Of a stretch of 64,000 bases of DNA, positions 59,862-64,000 are shown one piece after another (within the stretch, counting starts at the first letter, position 1; the number at the start of each line of letters is the position of its first letter). The stretch is taken from the NCBI GenBank assembly GCA_040389905.1, contig JAZJZK010000007.1, positions 32,001 through 96,000 of the forward strand, in the 5' to 3' direction. The notes beneath the pieces were generated by a model, which saw only the letters and a list, made by a program, of their open reading frames with translations, did no database searches and was not told where the DNA came from. A program made the translations under genes and the position numbers. The DNA is from Gemmatimonadota bacterium. Its GTDB lineage: Bacteria; Gemmatimonadota; Gemmatimonadetes; Gemmatimonadales; Gemmatimonadaceae.

Positions 59862-62800
59862 ATGAGCCAACAGCGTACTGCGTCAGGCAGAACCAACGGG
59901 CGCGTAGTATTGACCGCAGATGAGCTGGCGACGCCGTTGCGCCTCGCCAACTCTCTAAGAGCGCGCAATTGGCTATGCGAAGACGCGTCGAGCATAGAGC
60001 TCCCAGAACATCTCGATGAAGTACAGGTGTCACTGATTGATTGTCCTCACATAGACTTAGAACAGGTTGCCTTGATTGCATTGCTCATCCGGTTCATTGC
60101 GGACCATGGGAGGAGACTCTACGTAAGGTGGCCGGAGAATACGAATGAGGAGCAGGCGGGGCGATGCCGCTTTCTAACACGCATCGGCCTGCCTGAGGCC
60201 ATCGGTCTCAGAGCGCCAGAATATCCATGGCAATCGAGAGTCCTTGAAATAAACAAACTAGCATTTCCTTCCGAAGGGTCATGGGAAGACAAGCAAGCGG
60301 TGCGCCGATACCTACCATTGACGTGGTTCGACAAGAAGTCATTTAGCTATGAAGAGCCCATATGGGAGGCAAGCGCGTACCTCCGGTCAGCGTTCACAAA
60401 TAGACTTCGAGAGCAACTCACTGCCGGCGGCTTTCTTGACAGCAAAGCGATACTAACGCTGAATACCGCCCTCTTCAACGAAGCTGCCTGGAACGCAGTC
60501 CTTCACGGCGGAAACAACCCCGGGGATGGATGGGGCGTCATGTGTGCGCACATGGACAGCGAACAGACGCGTTCGTCGAAACAATCAACCAAGATCGAGA
60601 TTGTTGTAGCCGACCTCGGGCAAGGAATTCCACAGTCTCTCGGTGAAACGTTCGAAGCCACGGCTCCTGAGGCGATTCGTAAGCGTGTATGCTCGCGCGC
60701 CTCGATGATTACTCTTTTTGCACTTACGCCGGAAGGAAGCCGCCGACCGATTCCCCACAAGAAGCGCGGCTCCGAGTCCGTAGGTGGTTTGACTGACCTT
60801 GCGTACCTGTCTGCAGCCTGGGGCCGGATGCGTCTGTATTCTGGAGGCGGAGGGGTGGAGGTGGCTGGTGGAAACCGGGGCGGAGCGCTCCAGCAGCGGA
60901 TTCGCGTAGACGACTCAAGAACGCACGCGGCACTCCCCGGAGTGCAAATTTCCTGCTCGTTCGAGGCTCCAACTGCTTCTGACAGGGTTCTCTTTGCCTC
61001 GCAGCGTCAGGAATGGGCGAACGATGGCGACGTGATCTCGGCCATTGATGCTCTCGGATCTTGGGGAGCAATTACAACGCACGAGGCAATCAACGACCTC
61101 CTCTCAGCTCTGCCCAATTCATCAGGAACAGCCATCATTGACCTCGGATACGCACCGATCGACAAGGATAGCCTTCGAACGCTCATGCGGACGATTCACG
61201 CACGCGAACGTAAGAGGATGATTGTCTATTGGAATGTTGCTGCGGACTGGGCCTTGCTCAGCGAGACGGCAGCATGGATGGCCACGCATGCCGTCGCAAA
61301 TCAACCACCGACACTTGTGGTCCGTGCAGTAGATGACGTGGCATTGCTTGGAGCGACGCACAGTCCCCAGTTGTTGGCGGCCGTCGAAAAGACACATGGA
61401 CTGGTGGTCGATGCAGAGCAAAGTGCACAGAAGGGTGAAGCGATTCTAGCGTGCGCCCTTGAAGGCGGGGCGTACAACGCTGTGACGTCGAGGTGCAATG
61501 TTGCGTTCGTCGCCCGAGGATTCGATGCTGCTGGCCCAGGAGCGGGATTCTACTCCGGTAAAATACACCTGCTTAGCGGAACCACTAGGCGCCGTTTCTT
61601 TTCGCTCAGTAAGAATATCGCTGTCGCCCATGGGAACACTGTCAGGTGGGCCGAAGCGCTTTACGGACTTCTTCTTGCAGGACTCGCCGAGGAGGACATA
61701 GGAGACGACGGACACTTGGTCCTTGTAGGTTTCTCAACATCAATTGCCAAAGTCGCTGACATAGTGTCCAGTAGACTCGCCGCGACGCACGCGCATTCCG
61801 CAATCAATCTACTCTCATTCGATGCACCGACTCAGGAGGAACTACGACCATTAGTTCAGCGGGATAGCAAAGTAGTCTTGTTGACGGATGCGGTATCAAC
61901 CTCGTCTTTGTCTGACAGTGTCGTGGCGGCCGTGGAACGGTGTGGCGCCAAGGTCGTTATGATGGCTATCGCAGTAGACGCCAGAGCTGAAGCCACTGTT
62001 TCTTCGTGTCCAACGTCCGCTTCGGTCACACTCGACCCAGGGCCAGCCAGCCATGAGGGCTCGGCCAAGGAATACTGGGTGGACCCGATTTCGCAGATCC
62101 CTGCCGCAAGCCGTGAGTGGGATACTGCCATTGATGCCCGGATTCCGCACACGCTTTCACTAATTCACTCGGCCAGGGCTGTACGGTGTGGACACATTGT
62201 GGATGGTGCTCGGCATTCGGAAGTTTATGTGGATGTGAAGGAGCTGATAGATCGATGTCCGTCGCAGCTATTTGATACCAGTCAGGCCGAGATGCGCGCC
62301 CGTGTGTCAAAGCGCGGTTGGGGAGATTTTGTCCCGTCGGTGCTACTGTACCCAAGCGGGATCCGTCGGATTGAGGTTATGCGGTCGCATCGGGACGTTG
62401 GCGCTAGCCGTCCTGCCTACGAGACCGCCGTGCAGCAACTGCGACGCCTCCTTTCACCTCTCTGGAAGCCAGCAGGAAGAGAGATTGTTGAGAAGGAGGT
62501 ACTGCGAACTTTTGATCCCGGTGGGCGGTCTCGCTGCCAGGCCGTACTTGAGTTCACGGAGCCCATCGCCGTGCATCCGAGCCGCGACAAGCCAGACATG
62601 ATGGTGGTGGATGACGGACTTTCCTCGGGAAGGACGGTGAGAGAGTTGCTCAGACTAGCGGCGGCAGCTGGCGCCGGGCGCGTGCTAGTGTTCTGTCTTG
62701 TTGCGCGCCTTAAACCGCGAGACCTTGAGTTTTGGGAGTCGCTCCGAGTCGTGTCCAGCGACGGCGGCGACGATGTAGAGACTTGCGTCGTACTTCCCCT

Positions 62801-64000
62801 ATACCTTCCTGTGTCCTTCAATGACGCGCACACCTGCTCATATGACATTACGGCAGGACGTCTAAGAGAATGGGCCAACGGCACCGACGGAGCGGCCCAG
62901 ATTGCTCGGAATCTGCTCAAGACCGTGGAGCCGCAGTCCCCCGCGACTTGTGCGCGCCGGTCGGAAATCTATGAACGATCATGGGTGAGAACCCACGTTC
63001 TCGCAGAGCTTGCAACAGAGAGTCAGGAAGCTATTGAGGCCCTCCGCGATGTGATCGCCGCTTGTGAGAATGCGGACGATGCGGACGAACAGCTGGCCGT
63101 CCTATCCGCGTTCCTTGAGAACTGGCGGATATTGGGCACCCCCCGCGTGAGGCAAACTCTCGCTAGGAGCGTGGAACGCCTCTCTGTACACTTACTCCGG
63201 GCAAGTGATACACGCGAAGACGTGCGTTTAGCGGCGGTCGCAATCCTGAGATCCCTATTCGTCTCGAGCTTTTTAGAGGAACTGCGCGATCTTCCCAATC
63301 TGCCCGGTGCATCCATTGCTCTAATCGAACGAGCCACATTTAATGCATTCACGCTTCGAACAAGAGCGACGCAGTCAAGCGGCATCGCGCTCTTTCTCGA
63401 CGCGCTTCAGCTTACACCCTTCGGAAGGAAGTCTGCAGGTGACGAAAGGGACCACGACGGGCAACGTGAGCGAATTGTAGACATGACAATGCGGTTGGGG
63501 ATCGCCTGTGCGATGACCGAGGCACCCATCGGAATGAAGGACCGCGTTGAGCGCGCCGACCTACTGATGCTGCGGGACGGTGCTCTGTATCATCAGCCGC
63601 TTGGACAGACTCTCCAGGCAATCGCCAGGTGGTCTCGTCTCGCACCGGGGACCATCAAGAAAGAGACAGTCGAGATCACGCTAAAAAGCGTTCAGGAGCA
63701 TTCGCGTTTCATTACTCGCCGAGTTCTGCCCGTGATTGCGCCTTTGGCGATGTTAATGCGCGACGCGGCAGGCGATAGCGACGACATAACAATGCATGAT
63801 GGCTTGTTGTACTTGTCCACAGCAGAGAATCTACGAGGTGAGTTGATAGGCGATCTCGGGTCAATCGCCTTTCGTCTGGAGCAGTTGCAGCAATCGCCTA
63901 ACTATCCTCGCGCCCTGACATCGGCTGCGGAGACGGCAGAAAAGATTTACGCTCATCTGGCGGCCCGGGATAGTACAATTGTGCGCTTCCTGAGAAGCCT
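59862..64000 (+). CDS. giant multidomain protein (partial, at least 1379 aa): STAS-like, GHKL ATPase, STAS-like, two PRTase domains, helical region
   Basis: Hand translation from ATG 59862 (in-frame TAG at 59850) finds no stop before the window end; EAAWNAVLHG, IVVADLGQGIP, VVLLTDAVSTSS, MMVVDDGLSSGRT. Confidence 0.88.
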   Translation, partial: MSQQRTASGRTNGRVVLTADELATPLRLANSLRARNWLCEDASSIELPEHLDEVQVSLIDCPHIDLEQVALIALLIRFIADHGRRLYVRWPENTNEEQAGRCRFLTRIGLPEAIGLRAPEYPWQSRVLEINKLAFPSEGSWEDKQAVRRYLPLTWFDKKSFSYEEPIWEASAYLRSAFTNRLREQLTAGGFLDSKAILTLNTALFNEAAWNAVLHGGNNPGDGWGVMCAHMDSEQTRSSKQSTKIEIVVADLGQGIPQSLGETFEATAPEAIRKRVCSRASMITLFALTPEGSRRPIPHKKRGSESVGGLTDLAYLSAAWGRMRLYSGGGGVEVAGGNRGGALQQRIRVDDSRTHAALPGVQISCSFEAPTASDRVLFASQRQEWANDGDVISAIDALGSWGAITTHEAINDLLSALPNSSGTAIIDLGYAPIDKDSLRTLMRTIHARERKRMIVYWNVAADWALLSETAAWMATHAVANQPPTLVVRAVDDVALLGATHSPQLLAAVEKTHGLVVDAEQSAQKGEAILACALEGGAYNAVTSRCNVAFVARGFDAAGPGAGFYSGKIHLLSGTTRRRFFSLSKNIAVAHGNTVRWAEALYGLLLAGLAEEDIGDDGHLVLVGFSTSIAKVADIVSSRLAATHAHSAINLLSFDAPTQEELRPLVQRDSKVVLLTDAVSTSSLSDSVVAAVERCGAKVVMMAIAVDARAEATVSSCPTSASVTLDPGPASHEGSAKEYWVDPISQIPAASREWDTAIDARIPHTLSLIHSARAVRCGHIVDGARHSEVYVDVKELIDRCPSQLFDTSQAEMRARVSKRGWGDFVPSVLLYPSGIRRIEVMRSHRDVGASRPAYETAVQQLRRLLSPLWKPAGREIVEKEVLRTFDPGGRSRCQAVLEFTEPIAVHPSRDKPDMMVVDDGLSSGRTVRELLRLAAAAGAGRVLVFCLVARLKPRDLEFWESLRVVSSDGGDDVETCVVLPLYLPVSFNDAHTCSYDITAGRLREWANGTDGAAQIARNLLKTVEPQSPATCARRSEIYERSWVRTHVLAELATESQEAIEALRDVIAACENADDADEQLAVLSAFLENWRILGTPRVRQTLARSVERLSVHLLRASDTREDVRLAAVAILRSLFVSSFLEELRDLPNLPGASIALIERATFNAFTLRTRATQSSGIALFLDALQLTPFGRKSAGDERDHDGQRERIVDMTMRLGIACAMTEAPIGMKDRVERADLLMLRDGALYHQPLGQTLQAIARWSRLAPGTIKKETVEITLKSVQEHSRFITRRVLPVIAPLAMLMRDAAGDSDDITMHDGLLYLSTAENLRGELIGDLGSIAFRLEQLQQSPNYPRALTSAAETAEKIYAHLAARDSTIVRFLRS

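Noticed and set aside
59369..63645. Short track ORFs, mostly minus strand, in the terminal region
   Set aside because: Those past 59862 are shadows of the single long plus-strand frame; none shows recognisable motifs.

Overview
High-GC bacterial chromosomal window; the gene content suggests Gemmatimonadota (inference, not checked against a database). About 1-58.2 kb is densely coding core or semi-core DNA. It includes a GAF histidine kinase; a MoxR/DUF58/BatA/DUF4159-type operon led by a ubiquitin-like protein and followed by an HDAC-family gene, a lone GvpL/GvpF gene, a Ser/Thr kinase and a dipeptide epimerase; priA; a TonB-dependent receptor with a lipoprotein; an ECF sigma cluster; a PEP-CTERM protein; ggt; murQ-anmK-galT with an IMPase-like gene and a GHMP kinase; a P460/c'-beta cytochrome; an FHA/kinase/PP2C/FHA-protease operon; an amidase; a peptidase-propeller-barrel protein; two paralogous cohesin-dockerin surface proteins; and class II ribonucleotide reductase (nrdJ). 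Three families of short REP-like palindromic repeats are scattered through the intergenic DNA, and some copies appear to be read in frame within genes. After nrdJ the composition changes. This island-like stretch carries an ORF with two degenerate nuclease-like domains and a giant ORF missing from the supplied track (59862 to beyond 64000, at least 1379 codons, translated by hand). Its apparent architecture is STAS-like, GHKL ATPase, STAS-like, degenerate PRTase, intact PRTase, helical region. It is the best candidate for an undescribed signalling or conflict system here. All family assignments come from motif recognition only.
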